The notes beneath the pieces are model-generated. The model was not told where the DNA came from, made no database searches, and was given only the letters and a program-made list of their open reading frames with translations. This document shows, piece by piece, positions 29,848 through 40,817 of a stretch of DNA of 64,000 nucleotides. Source of the stretch: Oceanispirochaeta sp. (GTDB taxonomy: Bacteria; Spirochaetota; Spirochaetia; DSM-2461); assembly GCA_963666275.2 (NCBI GenBank), contig CAXXOA010000001.1:1440001-1504000 (forward strand), read 5' to 3'. The translations under genes were made by a program, and so were the position numbers. The number at the start of each line of letters is the position of its first letter. Within the stretch, counting starts at the first letter, position 1.

Positions 29848-30233
29848 AAAAAGCTGTATCCGTTCTTCTGCTCCTGCTTTTTCTGGAGTCTCTGGCGGCG
29901 CAGTCTGATTCTGAAGAGTTTACAGGCCCCTATACGGATCCCCTCCCTTATGAGCAGGTGGAATTTCCCGAGTGGGCCTGGGATATCAGAAGGATGGAAG
30001 TCATATTTTTCGGTTCTGTCCCTCTGACCTATATTCTTACAAATCTGGTTTATGATATAAGCATCTATGCCTCTCATGAATGGGATAACGAGTACAGAAT
30101 GGGAACTGCCAGGACTCAGGATGACATCAAATTTATGCTGGCCACATCCCTTTATATATCCGGCGGCATTGCTGTGACGGATTTTATCCTGGGGAAATTT
30201 TTTACTCTTCGGGAAAGACGAAGCAAGGAATAA
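29844..30233 (+). CDS. Hypothetical membrane protein
   Basis: TTG overlapping yggS stop; signal-like N-terminus; RRMEVIFFGSVP and further hydrophobic segments. Confidence 0.7.
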   Translation: MKKAVSVLLLLLFLESLAAQSDSEEFTGPYTDPLPYEQVEFPEWAWDIRRMEVIFFGSVPLTYILTNLVYDISIYASHEWDNEYRMGTARTQDDIKFMLATSLYISGGIAVTDFILGKFFTLRERRSKE

Positions 30234-30242
30234 CGGAAACAC

Positions 30243-31163
30243 ATGGAAGAAACGATTATTGTAGATCTGCCTGAAGGCGACAGCATCCGGGCGGATAAAT
30301 ATATCTCCACTCAGGGAATCATGAAACGGAGTCAGTTCGAAGCCTGCGGGCTCAGGATATTTGCAGACTCCCGGGAAATCAAATTTTCAAGGAAGGTGAA
30401 GAACGGGGAGACCCTTGAACTTCGCTGGGAGGAACCGGAAGAACCCCAGTACGATGCGGAAGAGATGGATCTGGATATCCTCTATGAAAATGAGGATGTG
30501 ATCGTTCTGAATAAACCCCAGGGGGTAGTCGTTCATCCCGGAAACGGCAATTTTCACGGCACTCTTGTACAGGGACTTCTCTATTATAATAGAAAGCTCG
30601 GAACCGCTTTTGCTGAAGAAAAGGTCCGGCCCGGAATTGTCCATCGTCTGGATAAGGATACCTCGGGCCTTATCATAACAGCCAAAAACTACAGCTCTCT
30701 GGAAGCCCTTTCGGAACAGTTTCGCCACAGGACCACGGAAAAATACTATATGGCTCTTGTCAAGGGAAGGATGCCCGCAAGGCGGGGAGATATTGAAACC
30801 TATATCAAAAGGGATGACAGGAACAGGAAGAAGTTCATTACCCATGATTCCCAGGGGAAATATGCCCTGACCCGCTATGAGGTCGTGAAATCCTGGCAGA
30901 ACTATACGCTGGTAAAACTGAAGCTGGAAACCGGAAGAACCCATCAGCTCAGGGTTCATCTCCTTTCTCTGGGCTGTCCGATCCTGGGAGATCCCATCTA
31001 TTCCCGGAAAGATAACCGCTTTCCCGACACGACTCTGATGCTCCACTCCTGGATTCTGAAAATAGCCCTTCCCGGTGACGAGGATGCCAGCGAGTTTACT
31101 GCACCCCTTCCCGAAAGATTCCTTGAAATGCAGGAGATCCTGGACAGGGAGGACAAACTCTGA
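30243..31163 (+). CDS. rluD: RluA-family 23S rRNA pseudouridine synthase
   Basis: NKPQGVVVHP, GIVHRLDKDTSG, LETGRTHQLRVH, PILGD. Confidence 0.9.
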   Translation: MEETIIVDLPEGDSIRADKYISTQGIMKRSQFEACGLRIFADSREIKFSRKVKNGETLELRWEEPEEPQYDAEEMDLDILYENEDVIVLNKPQGVVVHPGNGNFHGTLVQGLLYYNRKLGTAFAEEKVRPGIVHRLDKDTSGLIITAKNYSSLEALSEQFRHRTTEKYYMALVKGRMPARRGDIETYIKRDDRNRKKFITHDSQGKYALTRYEVVKSWQNYTLVKLKLETGRTHQLRVHLLSLGCPILGDPIYSRKDNRFPDTTLMLHSWILKIALPGDEDASEFTAPLPERFLEMQEILDREDKL

Positions 31164-31171
31164 AAAGACTC

Positions 31172-31750
31172 CTAGAACTCCTGTTCCTGGGTATACTCAT
31201 TCATCTTTGAGAGATTTGATTCCGCTTTGATGGTCGTGGGAGGGCCGTGGCCGGGAAGAAGGATTCCGTGGCCGTCCCGGTTGAAGAGCTTGCTTTCCAG
31301 TTCTCCCATGAGAAGCGCCTTCGTGTATTTATCCTGGGTCGTTCCGGTGCGTCCGGCCGAAAGGACATCCCCCGTAAAATAGAAGTGCCCGCAGCGGTAC
31401 ACCAGGGAATCGAAGGAGTGGCCGTTTACCGATATGGCCTCCAGGGTAAAATCTCCCAGCTGGATTTCCCCTTCATCCACGGGAGTGCAGGGAATCCCCT
31501 CCAGGGAGCTGACTTTGGAATATATGGTGGAATCATAGATCTTCAGAATGGTTTTGATCCCCCTGAAGTGATTGGGGTGGGCATGGGTTATCAGAACATG
31601 CCTCACATAGTAGTCATTGTCTTCAATAAGCTGCAGAAGCTGAACATCCAGTGTTCCCGGATCGACCAGGATGGCATCGCCTCCCATGTCGGGGCCTATC
31701 AGGTAGGTGTTGCTGAATCCGACGGCGGTAAAATGGTTGAACAGTTTCAT
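31172..31750 (-). CDS. MBL-fold metallo-hydrolase
   Basis: LVDPG, THAHPNH, GHS, FTGD, LLPGHG. Confidence 0.85.
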   Translation of the reverse strand: MKLFNHFTAVGFSNTYLIGPDMGGDAILVDPGTLDVQLLQLIEDNDYYVRHVLITHAHPNHFRGIKTILKIYDSTIYSKVSSLEGIPCTPVDEGEIQLGDFTLEAISVNGHSFDSLVYRCGHFYFTGDVLSAGRTGTTQDKYTKALLMGELESKLFNRDGHGILLPGHGPPTTIKAESNLSKMNEYTQEQEF

Positions 31751-32337
31751 TTTTTTCCTTCCGAACTGAAATAGGCTTCTTCCGCATTGGAGTATTTAAA
31801 GCTCGTGTTCGTTCTGGTGGAAACCGAAAAGTCCACCCGTTTCAGATTGCAGTCCACCATTTTGACATCTTTCAGCGAGGCAGAGATAAAGCGGGAGTAA
31901 TAGAGGTCGGATTCACTGAAATCACAGTTGAAACAGTGAATGTTGTTCCAGTTGATCGAGATCAGGTCCGATCCCCGCCAGTCCAGGTTGGTCATAACAG
32001 AATCACTGAAAATGCAGTGCTTCATATTGACCGATGTGAAAGTGGTATCATTAAAAACAGATTCATCAAAGAAGCACATCTGAAATACCGAATTGTCAAA
32101 ACGGCAGTTGATCCACTGGGTATGATGAAAGTAGCAGTCAAAGAAACTCTTATTCCGTAAATCAAGATCTTTGAAGGTAAGACCCGGAGCTTTTATGTCC
32201 CTGATCACGTCCTGTTCCTGGAGAAGCCGGGAAAAATGTCCCACGCTGTCCCAGTCCTGATGTTCCCGGCAGAGCCTTGAGGTGGGTTTAACCGGGTTGG
32301 TACAGTCCGGATGAGAGCAGATATCCAAATCAAACAT
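31747..32337 (-). CDS. Pentapeptide-repeat protein with N-terminal Cys/His motif
   Basis: Five-residue periodicity (CRFDN SVFQM CFFDE SVFND); N-terminal C-x4-C...C-x2-H. Confidence 0.85.
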   Translation of the reverse strand: MFDLDICSHPDCTNPVKPTSRLCREHQDWDSVGHFSRLLQEQDVIRDIKAPGLTFKDLDLRNKSFFDCYFHHTQWINCRFDNSVFQMCFFDESVFNDTTFTSVNMKHCIFSDSVMTNLDWRGSDLISINWNNIHCFNCDFSESDLYYSRFISASLKDVKMVDCNLKRVDFSVSTRTNTSFKYSNAEEAYFSSEGKK

Positions 32338-32392
32338 ACTACATTATGTAATTTATTGCCTTTTTTTTGACAAGGGGGTAATATCCGAAAGT

Positions 32393-32668
32393 ATGTGCAT
32401 TTGTTATTTCTGCGGAACTTCCTATGAAGGAAAAGTCTATAAAACCTCACTGTGCGGCAGCTGCGGCAGGGAATTGAAAATCTGCAGAAACTGCCTTCAT
32501 TTTGATCCCTCCTCCCACCATGAATGCCGGGAACCCCAGGCTGAATATGTCAAGGACAAGGAACGGGCCAATTTCTGCGATTATTTTACTCCAGGAAAAG
32601 GTTCCGGAAAAAAACAGGACGGAAAATCGGACCAGGCGAAGAAGCAGTTTGAGGATCTTTTCTCCTGA
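32393..32668 (+). CDS. Small Cys-rich (metal-binding) hypothetical protein
   Basis: CYFC, CGSC, CRNC, C..., NFCDYF; stop overlaps murI start. Confidence 0.8.
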   Translation: MCICYFCGTSYEGKVYKTSLCGSCGRELKICRNCLHFDPSSHHECREPQAEYVKDKERANFCDYFTPGKGSGKKQDGKSDQAKKQFEDLFS

Positions 32669-33489
32669 TGCCTGAATCAATGAGAAAACTTGTTTTCATG
32701 GATTCCGGTATCGGCGGAATTCCCTACCTCCGATGGGTAAGGGAGAGAAGGCCCGGCTGGGAGTATATTTATATTGCAGATAATCTTTTCTTTCCCTATG
32801 GCGGAAGGAATACGGAAGAACTGACGGCACGTCTTACTGAGCTGACCGGCCAGGTGAATGAACTGTATCAGCCCGATATTGTTGTTCTTGCCTGCAATAC
32901 CGCATCTGTAACAGCCCTGAGTCATTTACGAAATACCTTTTCCATGCCCTTTGTAGGTGTTGTTCCTGCTGTGAAACCGGCAACGGAGGGGCATTCCGTC
33001 GGGAAAATAGGGGTTCTGGCCACCCGAGGAACTGTAGAAGGATCCTATCTGAAAGAGCTTATCAGAAAATTTGCCGGTGACCGGGATGTGGTGGATCCCC
33101 TGGCGGCGCCCGATCTTGTCCGATTTGTGGAAAAAGAGTTTATCCATGCCGATGAGGCCGGAATCAGAGGCATTGTCATGCCCTATCTGAGGGAAGCGGA
33201 AAAGAGGGAATGGACCTATATGGTACTGGGGTGCACCCATTTTCTGTTTCTCAGGCCATGGTTTGAAAAGTGGAAACATCCCGGTCTGACCATTGTGGAT
33301 TCCACCGAAGGGGTGGGGAAGCGCATCCTCAGCCTTCTGGAAAAGGACAATATGACAGAAGCGGATGATGAATGCTGCAGGGGAAGAACCCGGTTCCTCC
33401 TGACTGCTCCGAAAGGTGCGGAAGAATATGCGGCCCTGGTACAGAGGGAAAAAATGGAACTGCACTATCTTGAGGAGAAACAGTTATGA
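32668..33489 (+). CDS. murI: Glutamate racemase
   Basis: DSGIGG, FPYG, ACNTAS, VPAVKPA, LGCTHF. Confidence 0.96.
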   Translation: MPESMRKLVFMDSGIGGIPYLRWVRERRPGWEYIYIADNLFFPYGGRNTEELTARLTELTGQVNELYQPDIVVLACNTASVTALSHLRNTFSMPFVGVVPAVKPATEGHSVGKIGVLATRGTVEGSYLKELIRKFAGDRDVVDPLAAPDLVRFVEKEFIHADEAGIRGIVMPYLREAEKREWTYMVLGCTHFLFLRPWFEKWKHPGLTIVDSTEGVGKRILSLLEKDNMTEADDECCRGRTRFLLTAPKGAEEYAALVQREKMELHYLEEKQL

Positions 33490-34421
33490 GAGGCCTTGTT
33501 TTATGGGGAATCAACAATATTTATTCAGTCAAAGGGGAAGAGGATGACCAGGTCCGGGAGTGCCGGATCAAGGGCAAAGTCCTGGGGGGCGGAAAAAAAA
33601 TGTACAATCCCCTTTCGGCTGGTGATTTCGTTAATTTTGAAGATGTAGAGGGAGAAGAAGGGAAGGGCGTTATTATCTCCCGGGAAGACAGAAGGAATTT
33701 TTTCGGGCGCTATAATAAAAAAGGCCGGGCTCTTCAGACTCTGGCCGTGAATATGGACCGCCTGTACTGCATTGTTTCTCCGGAAGTTCCCCCTTTCCGT
33801 CCGCGCTTTATCGACAGGACACTCATCCTGGCGGAGCAGGGAGGCCTTGACGTTTCTGTTATTCTGAATAAATGCGATCAGACAATCAGCCCCGAGGTTC
33901 TGGCCCGGCTGGATTATTTTGAAGCCATGGGGATCCCCGTTCTCTATACGTCTGCTGAAAACGGAGAAGGTATGGATAAGCTTGTCCTTGAGACTGCGGG
34001 GAAAACTGTAGGATTCGCCGGGCAGTCCGGTGTGGGAAAATCCACAATCATAAACCGGCTGATTCCCGGTGCGGACCAGAAAACAGCGGAAGTTTCCCGG
34101 AAAATGGCCAGAGGACGGCACACGACCAATTTTGCCGTTATGATTCCCTATGATCAGGGGGAGGGGTATATCATTGATACTCCCGGTATCAGGGATCTTC
34201 TCCTCTGGGGGATTGAAAGCAGTGATCTGGATCACTGGTTCCCCGACTTTCTCCCTGTTGTCGATTCCTGCAATTTTTCGGGATGCCGCCATATTCATGA
34301 ACCCGGTTGTGCTGTCAAAGCCTCTGTGGAATCAGGGGAAATCAATGCGGACCGCTATGAGAGCTACATCCGGATGTATGCGGAACTCAGGGAAAACGAA
34401 AGCTGGTATTCCAAAGGATAA
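33486..34421 (+). CDS. rsgA: Ribosome small subunit-dependent GTPase A
   Basis: NKCD, GQSGVGKST, GRHTT, DTPG, zinc site C.FSGCRHIHEPGC. Confidence 0.96.
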   Translation: MRGLVLWGINNIYSVKGEEDDQVRECRIKGKVLGGGKKMYNPLSAGDFVNFEDVEGEEGKGVIISREDRRNFFGRYNKKGRALQTLAVNMDRLYCIVSPEVPPFRPRFIDRTLILAEQGGLDVSVILNKCDQTISPEVLARLDYFEAMGIPVLYTSAENGEGMDKLVLETAGKTVGFAGQSGVGKSTIINRLIPGADQKTAEVSRKMARGRHTTNFAVMIPYDQGEGYIIDTPGIRDLLLWGIESSDLDHWFPDFLPVVDSCNFSGCRHIHEPGCAVKASVESGEINADRYESYIRMYAELRENESWYSKG

Positions 34422-34530
34422 TCCTACCGGGAGTGCTGTATAACTCCCTTTTGGCTTCCCACGCTGTCCGCTGGGGAAATACGATTGCTGTTGTTCTTTA
34501 AAATATGATATATATAGGCAAAGGACATAT

Positions 34531-35148
34531 ATGAGATTCAATATTCCACTATCTCTCTCATGCCTGTTTTTACTGGTACTCCTCTCTTCATGCCTGACCC
34601 TGGAGGCTGATCTGAACCTCCGGCAGGACGGAGGAGGGACCCTTTTTCTTGACTATACTCTTGATAAAAAGTTTACGGGAATCCGGAAGGACGGGAGTCC
34701 ATACGGAACCCTTGTCTCTCTTCCTGTGAGCCAGCAGCTTTTTTCCGACAGAGCCGCCGCCCAGGACGGCATGAGTCTGACGAGTCTGAGCGGGGAGGAG
34801 GATTCTGAAACCGTATCTCTTACGGCGGATCTGAATTTCACATCCCTTCTTACCCTCCGCGGTATAACGGGAATTCCCATGGAACTGGAGCAGAATGCCA
34901 ATCTCACAACGCTGAGAATCATATTTCTTCAGCAGGAGCAGAGAGTACCGGCTGAATCGTTAAGACTTCTCGACACGTCTCTTCTGGACAACACAATCGA
35001 CATACGCATAGAAGTTCCGGGGCTGATCCGTTCCAGTACACTGGGGGGAGTGGCCGTGGATAACCGGAGTGTCCGCTATACCGGCCGTATTGATGAGCTT
35101 TTTACGGGGAATGAGTTCGTCTGGGAACTGGAGTGGCTGAACCGATGA
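34531..35148 (+). CDS. Hypothetical lipoprotein
   Basis: Lipobox-like LLSSC; AAGGA upstream. Confidence 0.7.
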   Translation: MRFNIPLSLSCLFLLVLLSSCLTLEADLNLRQDGGGTLFLDYTLDKKFTGIRKDGSPYGTLVSLPVSQQLFSDRAAAQDGMSLTSLSGEEDSETVSLTADLNFTSLLTLRGITGIPMELEQNANLTTLRIIFLQQEQRVPAESLRLLDTSLLDNTIDIRIEVPGLIRSSTLGGVAVDNRSVRYTGRIDELFTGNEFVWELEWLNR

Positions 35149-35543
35149 AGCATTATAAGCTGAGAGAGTGGGAACGGAAGCTTAAGAAAATCTGTGATGA
35201 AGCGGATTCCCGGCTGGAAGACCGGTTCGGAAAAATGTACAGGCTCAGGACTAACAGACCCGAAAGAGGGGAAACGGAAAATCCCGAAATGGACGGTCTC
35301 TTTAATGTTCAGGCTGTATTTACACCAGGGTACAGATCAGAAAAAGGGCGGGGATATCTTGTTGAGGTTGAAATATCCACTTATGATAATGTCAGTACCC
35401 TTGTTCATCAGGAGATACGCGATCTTGTCCTTTCTGTGTTTCAGGAGCTCCTTCCCCGGGAATTCCCGGAAAGAAAACTTGAAATAGGTCTGGATGGGAA
35501 TATGATTAAAATATGGGGAGATCTGAGTCTGGGATTATTATAA
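35145..35543 (+). CDS. Hypothetical protein
   Basis: ATGA overlap with the upstream stop; protein-like composition. Confidence 0.7.
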   Translation: MKHYKLREWERKLKKICDEADSRLEDRFGKMYRLRTNRPERGETENPEMDGLFNVQAVFTPGYRSEKGRGYLVEVEISTYDNVSTLVHQEIRDLVLSVFQELLPREFPERKLEIGLDGNMIKIWGDLSLGLL

Positions 35544-35548
35544 AATCT

Positions 35549-35577
35549 TTGAATATTTAATTTTTTTCCTGTAGAGT
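35549..35577 (+). promoter_or_regulatory. Candidate sigma70 promoter of the V-ATPase operon
   Basis: TTGAAT-17 nt-TAGAGT upstream of the 35605 ORF. Confidence 0.55.
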
Positions 35578-35604
35578 GTATTTTAATGACAAAGGGGGAC
35601 GGCT

Positions 35605-35955
35605 GTGTCAGATAAAAGGAAACTGTTTTTAAAAATTCTCAAAGTGGAATTGGAGGAAACAGAGAGCGATATCAGTGTTTTGATGAAAATAGCTCATGAG
35701 CGCTATGCAAAAGGAGAAATCACTCACTATGTTGAGCAGGAGAATGATGCCTTCCTCCATCATGAGATCTCCTGTATTAATAAGCTCATACCGGCTATCG
35801 ATTCATTTTCTACAGAAGGCTACGAAGATGAAGAGGCATTTGTTTCTGGTTTAAAAGTCTTTCTGAAAAGTTTTGTTAAGGAAAATCAGTTTCCTCAAGC
35901 CATTTTTCTTTTAGCGGAACATAAAATTCAGAAAGTTGTTAAATATATCTTTTAA
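35605..35955 (+). CDS. Hypothetical helical protein, first gene of the V-ATPase operon
   Basis: GTG start with AGGGGG upstream; 15 nt gap to subunit E. Confidence 0.7.
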   Translation: MSDKRKLFLKILKVELEETESDISVLMKIAHERYAKGEITHYVEQENDAFLHHEISCINKLIPAIDSFSTEGYEDEEAFVSGLKVFLKSFVKENQFPQAIFLLAEHKIQKVVKYIF

Positions 35956-35970
35956 AGAGGGTGAAGTCGC

Positions 35971-36570
35971 ATGGATGTTCAAGTAAAGGAACTTATTGAG
36001 AAAATCAAGAATGACGGCGTGAAAAGTGCTGAAGAATCAGCTGCCGTTATTATCAGCGATGCAGAAAAGAAAGCGGCTGCATTGGTGGACAAGGCAGAAA
36101 AAGAAGCTGCCGAAATCAAATCCCAGGCTCAGAATGAAGCCTCCAGAATGGAGCAGGCCGGGAAAGAGGCGCTCAAGCAGGCCGGAAGGGATCTGCTTCT
36201 GGGTGTAAGAAAAGATGTGGAATCTCTTTTCGACAGACTTCTGAAGGATGATACAGCTGAAACCCTTAAAGGGGACTGTCTGAAAGAGTGTGTTGTCTCC
36301 ATAATGAAATCCTGGAGCTCCGAAGAAGTCAAAGACCTTACCGTTCTTGTTCCCGAAAAACAGTTGAAAGACCTGGAAGGGAACCTGAAGAAGGAACTGA
36401 AAGCGGAGATTGAAAAAGGTCTGGAAATCAAACCTTTTAACGATATTGAAGCCGGTTTCAGAATCTCTTCCAAAGACGGAAGAGCATTTTATGATTTTTC
36501 AGATGAAGAGCTGATGACGATGCTTTCCAAGTATCTGAATCCGGGACTCATGGCGATTCTTGAAAAATAA
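35971..36570 (+). CDS. ntpE: V/A-type ATP synthase subunit E
   Basis: MDVQVKELIEKIKNDGV, long coiled coil, GFRI...FYDFSD; operon position. Confidence 0.88.
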   Translation: MDVQVKELIEKIKNDGVKSAEESAAVIISDAEKKAAALVDKAEKEAAEIKSQAQNEASRMEQAGKEALKQAGRDLLLGVRKDVESLFDRLLKDDTAETLKGDCLKECVVSIMKSWSSEEVKDLTVLVPEKQLKDLEGNLKKELKAEIEKGLEIKPFNDIEAGFRISSKDGRAFYDFSDEELMTMLSKYLNPGLMAILEK

Positions 36571-36582
36571 AAGGAGTCAATT

Positions 36583-37146
36583 TTGAGTCAGTTTTACTAT
36601 ACTGTCGCATCATTGCCCATGCTGTCCTATGACATTCCTCCGGGAATCAGTTTTTCAGACTTTCTGGAAGACTGCCGGAAATGGCTGAAACCCTCAGAAT
36701 GGGAGATCCTTTCCGCGGCCACACTGGAGCCGTCTGCAGATGAGGCAATTGCCCTGGAAGTGGGAGAGGAATTCCGGAAATGGGAAATCAGTCTGAGGAA
36801 TGACCTTGTACATCTCAGAGCTGCCGCTATGGGATTGGAGTCAGAACAGTTTCTGGTAAAAAGTGATAGGTATTCCGATACAGCCGCCCTGGCTGCTCAT
36901 GCTTTCAAACAGGAATCCCCTCTGGATGCGGAAGACGCTCTGGGTCGGGGGCGCTGGCACTTTCTGGAGAATTTGAAAGTCGGACACTTTTTTGATTTGG
37001 ATTATCTGGTTCTGTATGCACTGCAGCTCCAGATCCTTGAAAGGAAAAGCTGTTTTGTCGAGGAAACCGGATATACCCGCTATCAGGAAATATACCAGAA
37101 TATCCTGAATCAGCTGGATGATGATGCTGTTGGAGTTGAAGAATGA
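36583..37146 (+). CDS. DUF2764 family V-ATPase-associated protein (subunit C-like)
   Basis: YYTVASLP, LRNDL...RA, HFFD...YALQLQILER; between subunits E and A. Confidence 0.8.
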   Translation: MSQFYYTVASLPMLSYDIPPGISFSDFLEDCRKWLKPSEWEILSAATLEPSADEAIALEVGEEFRKWEISLRNDLVHLRAAAMGLESEQFLVKSDRYSDTAALAAHAFKQESPLDAEDALGRGRWHFLENLKVGHFFDLDYLVLYALQLQILERKSCFVEETGYTRYQEIYQNILNQLDDDAVGVEE

Positions 37147-38906
37147 AGAGTACTGGAAAGGTAGTCGGTGTCAACGGTAACATGGTAACCGTTGAAGTTA
37201 CCGGTGATGTTAAATTGAATGAAGTCGGTTACATTGTAACCGGAGGAAAAAAACTGAAATCCGAAGTTATCCGAATAAACGGAGACAGGATTCAGATGCA
37301 GGTTTTTGAAATAACCAAGGGTGTGGGAATCGGAGATCCCGTAGAATTCTCCTCTGAACTTCTGGCTGTCGAGCTGGGCCCGGGTCTGCTGGGACAGGTT
37401 TACGACGGGCTTCAGAACCCGCTGCCCGAACTGGCCGAAGAGGCCGGACATTTCCTTGAAAGAGGATTTTATCTTGATCCTCTCTCTAAAGAAAAAAAAT
37501 GGGATTTTACCCCTACTGTTGAAGCAGGCGCTCAGGTGGTAAAAGCGGATAAACTGGGAGAAGTTCCCGAAAGTGCCTTTGTTCATAACATTATGGTTCC
37601 TTTCGGAATGCTTGATACCTATACTGTCAAATCCATCAAGCCTGCCGGATCCTATGCCATTACAGAAACTATTGCGGAGCTGGAAGACTCCCGGGGAAAT
37701 ATCACTCCCGTCACCATGTCTTTCGAATGGCCCGTTAAAAAAGCCGTGACCTGTTATGCCGAAAGGCTTAAACCCGTGGATCCCATGGTGACCCAGGTAC
37801 GTCTGATTGATACCTTCCTTCCCGTTGCCAAAGGGGGAACCTACTGTATTCCCGGTCCTTTCGGTGCGGGAAAGACTGTTCTGCAGCAGATTACATCCCG
37901 TCATGCCGACGTGGATATCGTAATTGTTGCCGCCTGTGGGGAACGGGCCGGTGAGGTTGTGGAAACCCTGAAAGAGTTTCCCGAACTGATTGACCCCAAA
38001 ACAGGCAAATCCCTGATGGAAAGAACTATCATTATCTGTAATACCTCCTCCATGCCTGTCGCCTCCAGAGAGGCCTCTGTATACACAGCGGTAACCCTGG
38101 CGGAATACTACAGGCAGATGGGGCTGGATGTTCTCCTTCTGGCAGACTCCACATCCCGTTGGGCTCAGGCCATGAGAGAAATGTCCGGTCGTCTGGAAGA
38201 GATCCCCGGTGAAGAAGCCTTCCCCGCCTATCTGGAATCCACCATTGCCGGTTTCTATGAAAGAGCCGGTATCGTCAGGCTGAGAGACGGCCGTAAGGGG
38301 TCTGTTACCATCGGTGGTACCGTATCTCCCGCGGGAGGTAACTTTGAGGAACCTGTGACCCAGGCGACTCTGAAAGTAGTAGGTGCCTTCCACGGTCTCT
38401 CCAGAGAGCGTTCGGATGCCCGTAAATATCCGGCTATCCACCCGATCGATTCCTGGAGCAAATACAGCGGAATTATTGATCCCGAACAGACAAAGTATGC
38501 CTATGGTATTCTGTTCCGGGCCAATGAAATTGAATCAATGATGAAGGTTGTCGGTGAAGAAGGTACGTCTCTGCAGGACTTTATCCTCTTTCAGAAAGGA
38601 GAGCTCCTGGATGCCACCTACTTCCAGCAGAACTCTTTCGATCCTGTGGATGCGGCGGTTTCTCCGGAAAGACAGAAGTATGTGTTTAACCTTATGATGG
38701 AAGTTCTGACAGCGGAACTCGATCTGAGCAGCAAAGAGGAAGCCCGTAACTGGTTCAACCAGCTCAGACAGATTGTTCTGGACTTTAACGGTTCCGAATG
38801 GAAGAGTGATGCCTTTGTCAAACTGGAAGATCAGCTGAAAAAGACAGTTGCCGAGAAAAAGATCCGGGTGGATGAAAACGCCGCTGCCCTGGTGGAAAAT
38901 AACTGA
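37143..38906 (+). CDS. ntpA: V/A-type ATP synthase subunit A
   Basis: GPFGAGKT P-loop, [28 protein letters not shown]. Confidence 0.97.
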   Translation: MKSTGKVVGVNGNMVTVEVTGDVKLNEVGYIVTGGKKLKSEVIRINGDRIQMQVFEITKGVGIGDPVEFSSELLAVELGPGLLGQVYDGLQNPLPELAEEAGHFLERGFYLDPLSKEKKWDFTPTVEAGAQVVKADKLGEVPESAFVHNIMVPFGMLDTYTVKSIKPAGSYAITETIAELEDSRGNITPVTMSFEWPVKKAVTCYAERLKPVDPMVTQVRLIDTFLPVAKGGTYCIPGPFGAGKTVLQQITSRHADVDIVIVAACGERAGEVVETLKEFPELIDPKTGKSLMERTIIICNTSSMPVASREASVYTAVTLAEYYRQMGLDVLLLADSTSRWAQAMREMSGRLEEIPGEEAFPAYLESTIAGFYERAGIVRLRDGRKGSVTIGGTVSPAGGNFEEPVTQATLKVVGAFHGLSRERSDARKYPAIHPIDSWSKYSGIIDPEQTKYAYGILFRANEIESMMKVVGEEGTSLQDFILFQKGELLDATYFQQNSFDPVDAAVSPERQKYVFNLMMEVLTAELDLSSKEEARNWFNQLRQIVLDFNGSEWKSDAFVKLEDQLKKTVAEKKIRVDENAAALVENN

Positions 38907-38914
38907 GGTTAAAT

Positions 38915-40213
38915 ATGAGAAAAGTTTACAGCAAAATTGATTCAATCGTTGGAAACGTCATCACAGTTAAGGCCGATGGGGTCCGGTACGGAGATCTGGC
39001 GGAAATCCAGACATCCTTCGGAGACTCTCTGGCAGAGGTTATCAAGCTGGATGACGAGAATGTTTCCCTTCAGGTTTTTGCCGGAGGTAGGGGTATCTCC
39101 ACCGGTGATGAAGTCCGGTTTCTGGGACATCCCATGCAGGTTTCCTTCTCTGACAATCTTATGGGACGGATCTTCAACGGTTCAGGAGAACCCAGAGATA
39201 ACGGTCCTACCCTGAATGAAAATATGATTCCCATCGGAGGCCCCTCCTTCAACCCGGCCAACAGGATCATTCCCAAGAATATGATCCGAACCGGTATTCC
39301 CATGATCGACCTTTTCAACACCCTTGTGGAATCCCAGAAGCTGCCGATCTTTTCGGCCTCCGGTGAGCCCTACAATGAGCTGCTGGCGCGGATCGCCATG
39401 CAGGCGGAAGTAGATATGATCATCCTGGGCGGTATGGGACTTAAATATGATGACTACCTCTTTTTCAGGGATACCCTGGAGGAAGGCGGCGCTCTGAGCC
39501 GTACCATCATGTTTATCCATACAGCCGCCGACCCGGTGGTAGAGTGTCTGATGGTTCCCGATGTGTCTCTGGCAGTGGCTGAAAAATTTGCCCTTCAGGG
39601 TAAAAAGGTTCTTGTTCTTCTGACAGACATGACCAACTTCGCCGATGCCATGAAAGAGATCGCTATTACTCAGGAACAGGTTCCCTCCAACCGGGGTTAT
39701 CCCGGAGACCTCTACTCCCAGCTGGCCTCCCGGTATGAAAAAGCCGTTGATATCGAAGGATCCGGATCCATTACCATCCTGGGTGTTACCACAATGCCCG
39801 GTGACGATGTAACCCATCCGGTTCCTGATAACACAGGATATATCACAGAGGGGCAGTACTATCTGAAAAATGCCAGAATCGAGCCTTTCGGTTCTCTCTC
39901 CCGTCTGAAACAGCAGGTGAATGACAAAACCAGAGAGGACCACAGAGCCCTGATGGACGGTATGATCAAACTCTATGCCTCCTATAAGGAGTCTGTAGAG
40001 AAACAGTCCATGGGTTTCAATATGTCCGACTGGGATACCAAGCTCCTCAAATACGGAGCCGCCTTTGAGAAACAGATGATGGACCTTTCCGTGAATATCC
40101 CTCTGGAAAAAGCCCTGGATCAGGGTTGGCAGATCCTTTCAGACTGTTTCAATAGAGAAGAAACCGGGTTGAAAACCTCATTGATCGAGAAGTTCTGGCC
40201 TGTAGAGGGTTAA
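38915..40213 (+). CDS. ntpB: V/A-type ATP synthase subunit B
   Basis: [37 protein letters not shown]. Confidence 0.97.
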   Translation: MRKVYSKIDSIVGNVITVKADGVRYGDLAEIQTSFGDSLAEVIKLDDENVSLQVFAGGRGISTGDEVRFLGHPMQVSFSDNLMGRIFNGSGEPRDNGPTLNENMIPIGGPSFNPANRIIPKNMIRTGIPMIDLFNTLVESQKLPIFSASGEPYNELLARIAMQAEVDMIILGGMGLKYDDYLFFRDTLEEGGALSRTIMFIHTAADPVVECLMVPDVSLAVAEKFALQGKKVLVLLTDMTNFADAMKEIAITQEQVPSNRGYPGDLYSQLASRYEKAVDIEGSGSITILGVTTMPGDDVTHPVPDNTGYITEGQYYLKNARIEPFGSLSRLKQQVNDKTREDHRALMDGMIKLYASYKESVEKQSMGFNMSDWDTKLLKYGAAFEKQMMDLSVNIPLEKALDQGWQILSDCFNREETGLKTSLIEKFWPVEG

Positions 40214-40216
40214 GCA

Positions 40217-40816
40217 ATGGCAAAAATTAAACTGACGAAGAATGAGCAGAAAAAGCAGAAAGACGCATTGAAAATGTACACAAGGTATCTGCCGACTCTC
40301 ATTCTGAAAAAACAGCAGCTCCAGATAGAGATCCGCAATGTAGAACTGCGGGAAGCTGAAGTTCGTCGGAAACAGGAAGCACTGAACCGGGAATTCCGTA
40401 AATGGATCGGAGTTTTCGGTGAGGATGTAGGTTTGGATGAAGCCCTTTTACGGGTCAAATATGTCTCTACCGATACCGGCAATATCGCCGGTGTGGAGAT
40501 TCCCGTTTTCAAAGGGGCCGAATTCTATCCCGTTTCCTACAATCTGTTTGAGATGCCTCTGTGGGTGGACAAAGCCGCAGAGAAACTGAAACAGATTATT
40601 CTGCTGGATCTGGAGTTTAAAGTATTGGAGGAACAGATAAAGAGACTGAGCCGTGAGCTCAGGACCACTACACAGCGTGTAAATCTGTTCGAAAAGGTAA
40701 AAATACCTGAAACCAAAGCAAATATCAAAAAGATTGCCGTGTATCTCGGTGATCAGCAGACCGCAGCGGTTGTCAGGGGAAAAATGGCCAAGAAAAAACT
40801 GGTGAAGGTGTCCTGA
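40217..40816 (+). CDS. ntpD: V/A-type ATP synthase subunit D
   Basis: LPTLILKKQQL, NIAGVEIP, TTQRVNLFEKVKIP. Confidence 0.95.
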   Translation: MAKIKLTKNEQKKQKDALKMYTRYLPTLILKKQQLQIEIRNVELREAEVRRKQEALNREFRKWIGVFGEDVGLDEALLRVKYVSTDTGNIAGVEIPVFKGAEFYPVSYNLFEMPLWVDKAAEKLKQIILLDLEFKVLEEQIKRLSRELRTTTQRVNLFEKVKIPETKANIKKIAVYLGDQQTAAVVRGKMAKKKLVKVS

Positions 40817-40817
40817 T

